Part shown: positions 9,975 to 18,077 of the stretch, piece after piece
How positions within the stretch are numbered: the first letter of the stretch is position 1
Layout of the letters: every line of letters starts with the position of its first letter
DNA from: Candidatus Omnitrophota bacterium
GTDB lineage: Bacteria; Omnitrophota; Gorgyraeia; 2-01-FULL-45-10
NCBI GenBank assembly: GCA_903843285.1
Contig: CAIMPC010000063.1
Coordinates: forward strand, 4,627-68,626
DNA length: 64,000 bases
Direction of reading: 5' to 3'
Notes under the pieces: model-generated
What the model was told of the DNA's origin: nothing
Database searches by the model: none
The model's input: the letters and a program-made list of their open reading frames with translations, nothing else
Program-made: the position numbers and the translations under genes

Positions 9975-10820
9975 TCAAATCGCTTCCCGATAGGACGATT
10001 TGAGAAGTTTGCTGATTACGCCCGGTGACCCCGCGCCGATCTTCTTTCTATCGACCCTGGTAACCGGCAAGACCTCGGCAAGCGTATTGGTAAGAAATAT
10101 TTCGTCTGCTTTAATAAGCTCTTTATACGTTAGGCGCTTCTCTGCCACCTTAAAACCCAGTTTCCTTCCATTCTTTATAATAATTGCGCGCGTGATTCCG
10201 GGAAGCGCGCCGGATACTATTGATGGCGTTATTAAAGATTTTCCTATGACTATGAATATATTGCTTGTAGGCGATTCCGCAACATACCCTTTTGTATTGA
10301 GTATTATAGCCTCATCGGCGCCGGAGTCTTTAGCTTCAAATCGTGCCATGATGTAGTTTAAAAAATTCAGGCTCTTTGCGCCCGAAAGTGGTGAAAGATC
10401 GTTCTGCCTAATTTTTACGGTATGGCAGCTAATACCCTTATCGGCCATCCACCGGGGATAGCCTTCGAATTTTTTCGCTATTATAACCATGTTGGGTTTC
10501 AGCACGTCCTTATGCTCAATTCCAAATCTGCCCTCCCCCCTTGTTATAGTAAGCCGAATATAGGCGTCCTTAAGCGCATTGACGGCTATGAGCTTATATA
10601 TCTCCTTCTTTAAATATTTGAGCGAATATGGCATCTTGATTGCGATCGTCTTCGCAGAATGCTCCAGACGGCGTAAGTGGTCGTCGATCTTAAATACGGT
10701 GCCGTTATAACAGCGCATGGTCTCAAAGAGACCGTCACCATACATGAATCCTCTGTCAAATACAGAAACAGTTGCCCGGTTTATATCTACCAGCTTGCCA
10801 TTAATCCAGACTTTTTTCAT
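9975..10820 (-). CDS. PLP-dependent aminotransferase class IV (aminodeoxychorismate lyase PabC-like or IlvE-like)
   Basis: DRGFMYGDGLFETMR, AKSLNFL, ESPTSNIF, LPGITR; downstream of pabB. Confidence 0.8.
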   Translation of the reverse strand: MKKVWINGKLVDINRATVSVFDRGFMYGDGLFETMRCYNGTVFKIDDHLRRLEHSAKTIAIKMPYSLKYLKKEIYKLIAVNALKDAYIRLTITRGEGRFGIEHKDVLKPNMVIIAKKFEGYPRWMADKGISCHTVKIRQNDLSPLSGAKSLNFLNYIMARFEAKDSGADEAIILNTKGYVAESPTSNIFIVIGKSLITPSIVSGALPGITRAIIIKNGRKLGFKVAEKRLTYKELIKADEIFLTNTLAEVLPVTRVDRKKIGAGSPGVISKLLKSSYREAI

Positions 10821-10833
10821 TTATCTCCCCCGT

Positions 10834-10858
10834 GAAAAATGGGACAGCCCCTATTTTC
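10834..10858. repeat. Short intergenic palindrome
   Basis: GAAAAATGGG-ACAG-CCCCTATTTTC imperfect hairpin between pabB and the aminotransferase. Confidence 0.4.
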
Positions 10859-10861
10859 CAT

Positions 10862-12382
10862 CTATACGCTGATATTGAGCGCTTGCATTAGCCCGGCCGC
10901 CTTATGCAGAGTCTCCTCATATTCTTTCTCAGGATCCGAATCGGCCACTATACCGCCCCCCACCTGAAAATACGCCACTTTATTCTTAATAATAAATGTC
11001 CTGATAGCTATCGATGTATCCATATTTCCATCGAAGCCTATATATCCGATCGCGCCCGTATAAACAGACCTCTTCATCTTCTCGAGCTCATCTATTATCT
11101 CCATAGAGCGTATCTTAGGAGCCCCCGTTATTGACCCGCCCGGAAATGTCGCAAGCAGGCAATCTATCGGATCGACCATTTTTCTAAGTCTGCCGGCTAC
11201 TGTAGATACGAGATGGAAAACATTAGAGTATTTTTCTGTGATAACGGACTCTGTAGGATATATGGAACCATATTCGCATATCCTTCCCAGGTCATTACGT
11301 TCCAGATCCACTATCATTATGTGTTCGGCCATGTCCTTATCGCTCTTTTCGAGCTCGAGCTTAAGCGCTCTATCATGCGCCGAGTCCTTCCCTCTGGGCC
11401 TGGTTCCCTTCACAGGACGCGTCTCGATACGATCTCCCCTCTTCAGTAAAAATCTTTCGGGCGACGAGCTAAGTATCGCCGTATCGCCAAAATTCAGATA
11501 CGAGGCAAATGGCGCAGGGCTGCAGCTCCTCAGCCTGAGATACAGATCGAATGGATCGGCGCAAAATTTCGTCTGGAATCTCTGTGAAATGTTGACCTGG
11601 TATATATCGCCGCTTTTAATATATTCCTTCGCCTTTTTAACTACCGAAGCATAAGAGCGTTTTGAAAAGTTTGATTTTAAGCATCCTGAAGACTGACGCA
11701 AAATATTAGGCCCGTCATTCTGAAGCCCTGGAAGGGCTGAAGAATCTGTGTTCTTTATCCCCCTCCTGCCCACCTGCAAGAGTTTCGACGGTAGACAGGC
11801 AAGTTTCTCTTCGGGATAACGCGTCTCGAGAAACGCCTTCAGGTTCACCTCGGAATGACGCACGCATTTATCTTTCAAATTAATACTCGAGATATAATAG
11901 CGCCGCTTGAGATTATCATAAATTATCGCCGAATCGTAAAATCCCAGCACACAATCCCAGGTATTGAGGTCATCTTTAGAATTATCCGGCAGGTCTTCGA
12001 TGAAGTCCTTCATGTCGTAGGCGAAATATCCGACGGCCCCGCAGGTGAACGGGACCTGTCCCGGTCCCCCGGTAATCTCGTACTTCTTAAGTAGGTTTTT
12101 TATTACGGGAAATGGATTTCCCTTCAGGCTCCGGGCTCTGCCATCACGGTATTTCAATTCTATCGACTCACCTTTTGACCTGAATACGAGGAATGGGTCA
12201 CATCCGATGATCGAAAATCGGCCAAGCTTTTTGGCGTCACAGGCGCTATCCAGAAAAAAACTATACGGGCGGGACTTAATCGATCTGAATACGTCGACCG
12301 GATCCAGCCGGCAATCGATCGATTCTGTGACAGCTTTTAGTCCACTGCGCGGCATATCAGATAAGCGCTTCAGAGACGACAT
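10862..12382 (-). CDS. pabB: Aminodeoxychorismate synthase component I, with an apparent ~50-aa internal insertion
   Basis: FFLDSA, GAVGYFAYD, GDIYQVNISQRF, SSPERFL, TRPVKGTRPRG, AEHIMIVDLERNDLG, FPGGSITGAPKIRSM; the P-x-KGT form is typical of PabB rather than TrpE. Confidence 0.9.
   Translation of the reverse strand: MSSLKRLSDMPRSGLKAVTESIDCRLDPVDVFRSIKSRPYSFFLDSACDAKKLGRFSIIGCDPFLVFRSKGESIELKYRDGRARSLKGNPFPVIKNLLKKYEITGGPGQVPFTCGAVGYFAYDMKDFIEDLPDNSKDDLNTWDCVLGFYDSAIIYDNLKRRYYISSINLKDKCVRHSEVNLKAFLETRYPEEKLACLPSKLLQVGRRGIKNTDSSALPGLQNDGPNILRQSSGCLKSNFSKRSYASVVKKAKEYIKSGDIYQVNISQRFQTKFCADPFDLYLRLRSCSPAPFASYLNFGDTAILSSSPERFLLKRGDRIETRPVKGTRPRGKDSAHDRALKLELEKSDKDMAEHIMIVDLERNDLGRICEYGSIYPTESVITEKYSNVFHLVSTVAGRLRKMVDPIDCLLATFPGGSITGAPKIRSMEIIDELEKMKRSVYTGAIGYIGFDGNMDTSIAIRTFIIKNKVAYFQVGGGIVADSDPEKEYEETLHKAAGLMQALNISV
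11713..11860. repeat. Palindromic element inside the pabB coding sequence
   Basis: Terminal inverted repeats CGTCATTCTGA / TCGGAATGACG (10/11), internal hairpin AGCCCT-GGA-AGGGCT and nested CCTGCCCACC...GGTAGACAGG; the reading frame stays open. Confidence 0.55.
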
Positions 12383-12851
12383 CTGTCAGTATTTCAAGGC
12401 CCCTCAGGACCGCTTCGCTTAATGGCGCGCCTAAAGACGTATCTTTAGGCTGAACGGAGATCACAAATATATTCATATCTTCCTTGCCCATCTTAAGCAG
12501 ATCTATAAATAGTTTCGGAGACGGGCTATGCGTGGAAAAGCTGACATTCGCAATGTCATCAACGCCGATTATTTTGGCCTGACCGGGATTCAGGCCCACA
12601 TTCGCCGCATCAACTAGGATCAGCGTATCACAACCGCTCTTCAACATCGGAAATATATAATTTTCCGGAGCTGTGCCGCAGTCGAATAGCGGAATGTTTA
12701 CTTTGCGGGCGCGCAATAGCTCAATGAATTTGGGGCCCAGGCCATCGTCGCCGCGCATTATATTACCTATACCGGCTACCGCAGCCTTGCCGATGATCCT
12801 GTTCTCGAGGGAGGTTTTAAGCCCGGAGATTTGAACGTCAAAATCGCTCAA
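12357..12851 (-). CDS. Hydrogenase maturation endopeptidase (HycI-like)
   Basis: GIGNIMRGDDGLG, CGTAPEN, ILVDAA, FSTHS. Confidence 0.9.
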   Translation of the reverse strand: MSDFDVQISGLKTSLENRIIGKAAVAGIGNIMRGDDGLGPKFIELLRARKVNIPLFDCGTAPENYIFPMLKSGCDTLILVDAANVGLNPGQAKIIGVDDIANVSFSTHSPSPKLFIDLLKMGKEDMNIFVISVQPKDTSLGAPLSEAVLRGLEILTDVVSEALI

Positions 12852-13458
12852 TTGTAGTTTTTCTTCTGCATTTTGAGCAGAGTATCTTTATCCTGTCCGA
12901 TCGCAAAATAGAGTCTTTTGCCGTCTGTAGAACATCGTCGGCGAATCCCATCGATTTAAGGGATGAGGCAAATAGTGTAGGGTTAGAAAATGCCAAGGAT
13001 CCCAACTTCCTGGATATCCAGGCCAGGTGAGCCTTTGCGGTAATCACATCTCCGCATATCTCGCATAACGCAAGCTCTTTCTCGTCCGTAGATGAGATCA
13101 TTGACTCGCGGTCGAATCCGGCAAGGTCAAACTCGGTGGTATGTCTGATGCCGGGCGGACTATCTTCTCTGGTAGTGCAAAGTGCGCTGCACTGGCCGCA
13201 GTAATGACACTCGTCCAGATGCAGTATCATCTTCCTGGTCGAGCTATCTTTATTAACCACATCGCGGAACTCTATAGCCCTGGCAGGGCATACCATTGCA
13301 CAGGCAGTACATGCTATACACCCTTCGTTGGAATACTCCGGTTTTCCGCGGAACCTCTTGGCGGGATGGTGGTTTTTACGCGGAAAGTCCGATGTATACG
13401 GACCTTTTATGAGCGCCGTCAGCGCTTCCTTCAGTTCTCTCAGTTTAGGATATTTCAT
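12838..13458 (-). CDS. Hydrogenase [4Fe-4S] subunit (NuoI/HycF/MbhN-like)
   Basis: YTSDFP...RFRGKPEY, CIACTACAMVCP, CHYCGQCSALC, plus C-terminal CEIC...CSKC. Confidence 0.85.
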   Translation of the reverse strand: MKYPKLRELKEALTALIKGPYTSDFPRKNHHPAKRFRGKPEYSNEGCIACTACAMVCPARAIEFRDVVNKDSSTRKMILHLDECHYCGQCSALCTTREDSPPGIRHTTEFDLAGFDRESMISSTDEKELALCEICGDVITAKAHLAWISRKLGSLAFSNPTLFASSLKSMGFADDVLQTAKDSILRSDRIKILCSKCRRKTTIERF

Positions 13459-13470
13459 TTAGAGATTGCC

Positions 13471-14073
13471 TCAAAAAAGTTTTACTATCCCCGATGCATG
13501 CCTGGCCAGATTGCCTGTAAAATCCAGCATATCGAAGTACATGTTTGCCGCTATGGGCGTGCATACGCCATTCACAAGTCGTCCGGTATGCTCTTCCCTG
13601 TAACGCTGGACGAGGGACCTTACGCGCAATCCGTTATCGATTATTCGCGCCTTGAGTTCCTCGCTCTTTCCTTTTAAGAATAGGCGCATCATATCCACCG
13701 ATTTCGCCATAATCCCGTACGTCTCATTAAACTGCACCACGCCCATATCGCTGAATAGAAGATGCTCCGCATTCTTAATCTCTATCCTCTCGACCAGATT
13801 GGCGGCTTCATCGCCCATCCTCTCCAGAGTCTCTATAACCTGCTCCCATATAATAAGATCCCTCTTTTCCTGCGCCGTCTTGGCGGTCTTTGCTATGTCA
13901 AAGACCTTCTGAGTAAGCGTCCGCTCCATATCATTAAGCTGCCTCTCGAGGGCCATCGCTCCGGCCAGGTATTCGGCCTTATGCTCCATAAATCCTTTTT
14001 CGACAAGCTCAAGCATCTCATACGTTCTATCGGCCATTACGATGGCCTCCTCCCTCACAGCGTCTATGCTCAT
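13471..14073 (-). CDS. Stand-alone PhoU-fold protein
   Basis: Two helical repeats with ETLERMGDEAANL and HTGRLVNGVCTP...YFDMLD, resembling the PhoU-like C-terminal domain of Na/Pi cotransporters; no TM segments. Confidence 0.7.
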   Translation of the reverse strand: MSIDAVREEAIVMADRTYEMLELVEKGFMEHKAEYLAGAMALERQLNDMERTLTQKVFDIAKTAKTAQEKRDLIIWEQVIETLERMGDEAANLVERIEIKNAEHLLFSDMGVVQFNETYGIMAKSVDMMRLFLKGKSEELKARIIDNGLRVRSLVQRYREEHTGRLVNGVCTPIAANMYFDMLDFTGNLARHASGIVKLF

Positions 14074-14097
14074 AGAGCCGTAGTCCTTTCTATTATT

Positions 14098-14433
14098 TCA
14101 CTTTATTTTATCCATATCTTCGCTATAATCGTCGACTACCGTTCCCGCCCATGGTTTTACACCTGAGCGATAAGCGGCCCTGGCAAGCGCATGAGCCGAG
14201 ACCGGAGCGGTAAGAACTATGAATATCAGGCAGAGCAGCGCCTTAATACTGGTCGCGCCAAACCCCTTATAGCATACCAATCCTAATATGATACCGCATG
14301 TGCCCAGCGTTATACACTTGGCCGATGCCTGGAGACGCGTGTAGACGTCCGGAAACCGTATAAGCCCGAGGCATCCGAAAAAGTCGAACGCAAGCCCTAT
14401 AACTATCAGTACGGAACCTATAGCTTCATTCAT
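14098..14433 (-). CDS. mrpG: Mrp antiporter subunit G
   Basis: GLIRFPDVYTRLQASAK, LTAPVSAHALARAAY. Confidence 0.9.
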   Translation of the reverse strand: MNEAIGSVLIVIGLAFDFFGCLGLIRFPDVYTRLQASAKCITLGTCGIILGLVCYKGFGATSIKALLCLIFIVLTAPVSAHALARAAYRSGVKPWAGTVVDDYSEDMDKIK

Positions 14434-14785
14434 CGAAATCTTTTCCTTCCAAATATTTAGAGAGCGCCATTATGCCTATGAAACTCTGCAGGGCCCAGGC
14501 TATTCCTATATCTATATACCAATCTCTTCCGGTCGGGATGCTCAATATGGCGCAAAATCCGACTATAAGTATGCCGAGCATATCTATTGCCACTATCCGG
14601 TCGGGCGCGGTCGGTCCGCGCATGATCCTAAATAGGCACATGAACGCCGAAAGTATCAGCCATAGAAATGCCCTACCCAAAAATTCCGACTGCCACCTGA
14701 TTATAGAGCTAATCGGGCAGAAGAGTATAATAATCGCGATGGCGACTATTGTGATCAGTCCTGCTATATAACGGGTCTTCTTCAT
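14426..14785 (-). CDS. mrpF: Mrp antiporter subunit F
   Basis: RIMRGPTAPDRIVAID, YIDIGIAWALQSFIG. Confidence 0.9.
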   Translation of the reverse strand: MKKTRYIAGLITIVAIAIIILFCPISSIIRWQSEFLGRAFLWLILSAFMCLFRIMRGPTAPDRIVAIDMLGILIVGFCAILSIPTGRDWYIDIGIAWALQSFIGIMALSKYLEGKDFDE

Positions 14786-14789
14786 AATG

Positions 14790-15296
14790 TTATTCGAATA
14801 TCCTGCTTAGAATATGCTCAAATTTATCCACGACGGCAAGCTTCCTATCATCATCTTTGATGTATAATTTATGGACATATAAAACTCCATTGACCTTGTC
14901 TATGTCTATAGTCGTCATGCCGGGTGTCAACGTAATGGAGCTTGCCAGAAATGTAAGACCTATATCCGATTTTAAACTAACCCTGATCCTTATAGTGCCC
15001 GGCCTTATAAGAAGATCCGGATGTATAACCCTATAGGCAACGTCTATGTTCGCCTTAAGGCATTCCCATAAAAAGACGAAAACGTAGCACACAAACCACA
15101 TCGCACGCCCTAAATACCCCAAAAGACTTATGTTCTTTCGTCCGGACAGATCTTTCGGGCCCATTACACCTGTAGTCATAAACATGACAAACAGCGCTAC
15201 CAATATTCCGGAAATGACATCTTTTATCTCTATCGGCCATGACAACAGTATCCATACGGAAAACCATATCATGAACATCATAGTATTAAATATCAT
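14790..15296 (-). CDS. mrpE: Mrp antiporter subunit E
   Basis: KANIDVAYRVIHP, SITLTPG, LYVH. Confidence 0.9.
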   Translation of the reverse strand: MIFNTMMFMIWFSVWILLSWPIEIKDVISGILVALFVMFMTTGVMGPKDLSGRKNISLLGYLGRAMWFVCYVFVFLWECLKANIDVAYRVIHPDLLIRPGTIRIRVSLKSDIGLTFLASSITLTPGMTTIDIDKVNGVLYVHKLYIKDDDRKLAVVDKFEHILSRIFE

Positions 15297-16789
15297 CTGA
15301 TAGCTCCGAATACTATATTCGCGTAGGACGTCCCGTTCATAAGCACGGCTACAGCGCCGTCTATGAATATCTTCCTTATACCCGGCATGAGTATAAACGG
15401 TGCGATAACCACAACGACCGCAAGAGATACCATGGCTGTATTAATCGCGATACATGCTTTTTTCATTACGATGGAAGCATCTGTTCCGACATCGAAAAGG
15501 ACGCATGTCATCGGTTTAAAATAGTAAGCCAGGGTCATAACCCCTACCAACGCGGCGATCAATGCAAGTATGGGATGCCCGGACTGCACGCATGCAAAAA
15601 TTATTATAAGCTTCGCCCAAAATCCACCCATCGGCGGAACACCGCATATCGACAGCGCGCTGAATAAAGCGGGATATCCCGTAGCCGGTGCCCTCCGGAT
15701 AACTCCGGATATTTTATCTATCTGTCTGGTGCCCATGAGACGTTCTATGGATCCCGACGTCAAAAATAGGAGCGACTTACTGATGCTATGGTTAAATATA
15801 TGGACGAGCGCCCCTAAAAAAGCCAGCGGGGTGGCCACGCCAAGCGCCAGAACCACATATCCGATCTGACTGACTGTAGAATATGCAAAGAGTCTCTTTA
15901 TGTCCGTTTGTCCGAAAGCCAATACCGCCCCTATTATCATCGATAACACTCCCAGAGCGATCAGTATCTGGCAAATCTGGACACTTGCGCCGAAGATGCT
16001 AAAAAATATTCTGGCTATTGCATATATACCGAGGGCCTTTATCAATACTCCGGAAAGCATGGCCGAGACTGGCGCAGGCGCAGATGAATGCGCATAGGCA
16101 AGCCATGCATGGAATGGCGCAAGCGCCGCTTTAAGGCCAAACCCCATCAGAAATAGGACGCTGACCAACTGCAATACCCTGGTCGCTCCCGAGGCGGCTA
16201 TCGCGCGCGCGATGCCGGCCATATTGAGCGTCGATGTATGTGCATAGAGAAATGCTATGCCTAAAAGTATGAAGCACGAAGCTACTGAGCCCATAATCGC
16301 ATATTTGAATGACGCTTCGAGCTCGTCCGCCTCGGTACCGAACGCCACGAGAAAATAAGCGGATATCGCCGCTATCTCCATAAAAACGTATAGATTAAAA
16401 ATATCGGAGGCGACGAGCACTCCGTTTATGCCCGCAAGCATTAAAAAGAATAACGCGTAGAACTTCCATTTATCCGTATACTTCTTCATATAGCCCGAGG
16501 AGTAAATCGCGACAAATAACGCCACTAAATTTACCGTGACGAGCATAAATACCGATAATCCATCTACGACGAGCGCAAGGCCCTCCGGAGGTAAAAAACC
16601 TGTTGTCCTATACAGCAAAAGATGGTTAGGGGCGGCATTCACTGACATAAGCGTGAATAGAGCTATTATGAAGAGCGATAGCGTAGTAAAAATTGCAAAT
16701 AAATCCTGGAGGCGCTCATCAGCTTTAGCTATAAGCACTGTTACGAACGCATTCCCCAGCGGCAATATCAGGAAAAAGGGTATCATCAT
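15293..16789 (-). CDS. mrpD: Mrp antiporter subunit D / MbhH-like proton-conducting subunit
   Basis: About 14 TM; DIFNLYVFMEI, EASFKY, KAALAPFHAWL, DIKRLFAYS, GVPPMGGFWAK. Confidence 0.85.
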   Translation of the reverse strand: MMIPFFLILPLGNAFVTVLIAKADERLQDLFAIFTTLSLFIIALFTLMSVNAAPNHLLLYRTTGFLPPEGLALVVDGLSVFMLVTVNLVALFVAIYSSGYMKKYTDKWKFYALFFLMLAGINGVLVASDIFNLYVFMEIAAISAYFLVAFGTEADELEASFKYAIMGSVASCFILLGIAFLYAHTSTLNMAGIARAIAASGATRVLQLVSVLFLMGFGLKAALAPFHAWLAYAHSSAPAPVSAMLSGVLIKALGIYAIARIFFSIFGASVQICQILIALGVLSMIIGAVLAFGQTDIKRLFAYSTVSQIGYVVLALGVATPLAFLGALVHIFNHSISKSLLFLTSGSIERLMGTRQIDKISGVIRRAPATGYPALFSALSICGVPPMGGFWAKLIIIFACVQSGHPILALIAALVGVMTLAYYFKPMTCVLFDVGTDASIVMKKACIAINTAMVSLAVVVVIAPFILMPGIRKIFIDGAVAVLMNGTSYANIVFGAIR

Positions 16790-17127
16790 TATTCTTTAAG
16801 CCTATTTATTTTTGTAATATCGAACGTGCCGTATCTTTCATATATCCTTATTGCCAACGCCACCAACATAAGCATTACGGCCAGGCCTATTACTATGGCG
16901 GTAAGCGCAACCGCCTGCGGCAATGGATCTACGATATTTGTAATTGCTTGGTCGCGCGCAAGTATTGGCGAACGTCCCTGGGCGCGGTAGCCTATCAGAA
17001 TAAAGAACAGATTTACGGCATATTCCATTATGCCTATACCTATAATTATCTTTATGATATTCCTCTTTCTGACCGCGCAAAATAGCCCGATCGAGAATAG
17101 CACCAGACATAAAAAGTATGTGATCAT
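16789..17127 (-). CDS. mrpC: Mrp antiporter subunit C
   Basis: NIIKIIIG, VDPLPQAVALTAIVIG. Confidence 0.9.
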   Translation of the reverse strand: MITYFLCLVLFSIGLFCAVRKRNIIKIIIGIGIMEYAVNLFFILIGYRAQGRSPILARDQAITNIVDPLPQAVALTAIVIGLAVMLMLVALAIRIYERYGTFDITKINRLKE

Positions 17128-17138
17128 AATCTAAACCT

Positions 17139-17543
17139 CTATTCGGAGCGTTTATCCGATTTTGGCACCAGTACGAGCGCAATAAATATTACAAAAAGCC
17201 CCACGCTCACTATGATCATCTCCGAGAGCGGCAGGATAAATTCGTTTCCGAAAATAGCCTTCGGATAGCCTTTAAAAATACCATACAGAAAGAGAATGGC
17301 CGCAGTGGCCATAAATAGGCGAAGAGTGCGGGCGCTTAGTAATTTTAAGGAGGCTTCCTTGCCGAATGCCAGCATTACATGGACGAGCGCCAGAGCCACT
17401 ATAACGCCGCCGGCAAATCCGCCGCCCGGAGCATCATGACCGTTAAACGTTATGTAGATGCCATAGAGAAGAATAAATCCGAGCGTGAGCTTTGTCACCG
17501 TCTTAACTATAAACGTCATACCCTTCTCGCTCTGGTGGTTCAT
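17139..17543 (-). CDS. mrpB: Mrp antiporter subunit B (MbhF-like)
   Basis: GHDAPGGGFAGG motif, 4 TM. Confidence 0.85.
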   Translation of the reverse strand: MNHQSEKGMTFIVKTVTKLTLGFILLYGIYITFNGHDAPGGGFAGGVIVALALVHVMLAFGKEASLKLLSARTLRLFMATAAILFLYGIFKGYPKAIFGNEFILPLSEMIIVSVGLFVIFIALVLVPKSDKRSE

Positions 17544-18070
17544 TATTCAGCGCCATCCCTTCGCCATGCCCTGCGCGCGATAGCAAGCACTCCTATTACG
17601 ACAGCGAATAACACCGAGGCCTCCCCGAGCGTATCGACAGCGCGATACCTGAGCATTATAGATTCCACTATATTGAGGTTCGCCGCCTTACCCTGGACGT
17701 GGCTCAGATATTCCTGCGACGTCTTGATGGCCGGATTCCCAAATGTGTGTATGTTAGCAAATGACAGATATGCAAATACTAAAAATAAGATCAGGAATAT
17801 AATCGTAGATATAGTATTGAAGGCCCACCTACCGGAAGTGCTGAACGGCAGGTCCTTCCTTATAGTAGCGCGTATAAGTATGATAAGGCTCAGTATCTCC
17901 ACGACGAGCTGCATTATAGCCAGATCCGGCGCCTTCATTACAAGAAACGCCATCGACAGCCCTATGCCCACAGCGCCTATCCCGATGACGCTCGACAGCA
18001 GATCTTTTACCTGAACGGCTATTAATGCCGCAGCGATCATGAATACTAATAAAATATTTATCTCTATCAT
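17543..18070 (-). CDS. MrpA C-terminal part (DUF4040 + MbhE-like)
   Basis: KAPDLAIMQLVVE and NIVESIMLRYRAVDTLGEASVL motifs. Confidence 0.8.
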   Translation of the reverse strand: MIEINILLVFMIAAALIAVQVKDLLSSVIGIGAVGIGLSMAFLVMKAPDLAIMQLVVEILSLIILIRATIRKDLPFSTSGRWAFNTISTIIFLILFLVFAYLSFANIHTFGNPAIKTSQEYLSHVQGKAANLNIVESIMLRYRAVDTLGEASVLFAVVIGVLAIARRAWRRDGAE

Positions 18071-18077
18071 CTATCCA

